Below, piece by piece: positions 63,687-64,000 of a stretch of 64,000 nt of DNA (its first letter is position 1; the number at the start of each line of letters is the position of its first letter). A program made the position numbers and the translations under genes. The stretch lies in the NCBI GenBank assembly GCA_001662655.1, contig KV460225.1; one strand, written 5' to 3'. The notes under the pieces are model-generated. The model did not search any database, was not told the origin of the DNA, and saw only the letters and a program-made list of their open reading frames with translations. The DNA is from Pseudogymnoascus verrucosus. Taxonomy: Eukaryota.

Positions 63687-64000
63687 TGCTGTTCGAATGT
63701 CTCAATAATTCAAAATGACGACGTTTTCTTCTACGGTGTAAGGTTATGTCAGTGTCGTCGTCGGTTCAGAGCTGGCCGCGGGTTACATTGGGGTAGTTAT
63801 GCGGGGAAAGCTCGGGCCAATTGTGCCGCAGCAAGCCGGCGGAGCGCAGCCTTGTCAAAAAGTCGTTAGCCTTGCGGAGGGGTTGATGACTTTTTGGCGA
63901 CGATCGGAGGGTCGGATGAAATATAGTTACTACTTTTGATACGACAACCCCGCCTTTTGCGAATATAAATCGCTGAAATGGAGGAAGATAGAGCGGAAGG

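Overview
Filamentous-ascomycete genomic DNA (short GT-AG introns with CTAAY/CTRAC branch sites, RIP-mutated transposons). An N-gap at 28125-28150 splits it in two. Left of the gap is an accessory region. It contains a compact candidate biosynthetic cluster with no PKS/NRPS/terpene core in view: a 2OG-Fe(II) oxygenase, an atypical ANL adenylating enzyme, a short (type II-S-like) class II DAHP synthase, two paralogous intronless ~500-aa proteins of a family I cannot name, a SAM methyltransferase, a C2HC+Zn2Cys6 regulator and an MFS transporter. A Ginger-like integrase DNA transposon with both TIRs and a 4-bp TATT target-site duplication interrupts the cluster. Then come two RIP-degraded Fot1/pogo copies, an NAD(P)-binding epimerase-like gene, a truncated alpha-beta barrel gene and a second Zn2Cys6 gene. 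Right of the gap is housekeeping sequence: BET4, a Cdc20/Ama1-type WD40 gene, a GT31 glycosyltransferase, an intron-containing tRNA-Ala(UGC), TOM1, a GYP5-like gene, TSC13, ARG8, VMA2 and HMG-CoA lyase. All calls come from motif recognition and manual splicing; no database searches were run.
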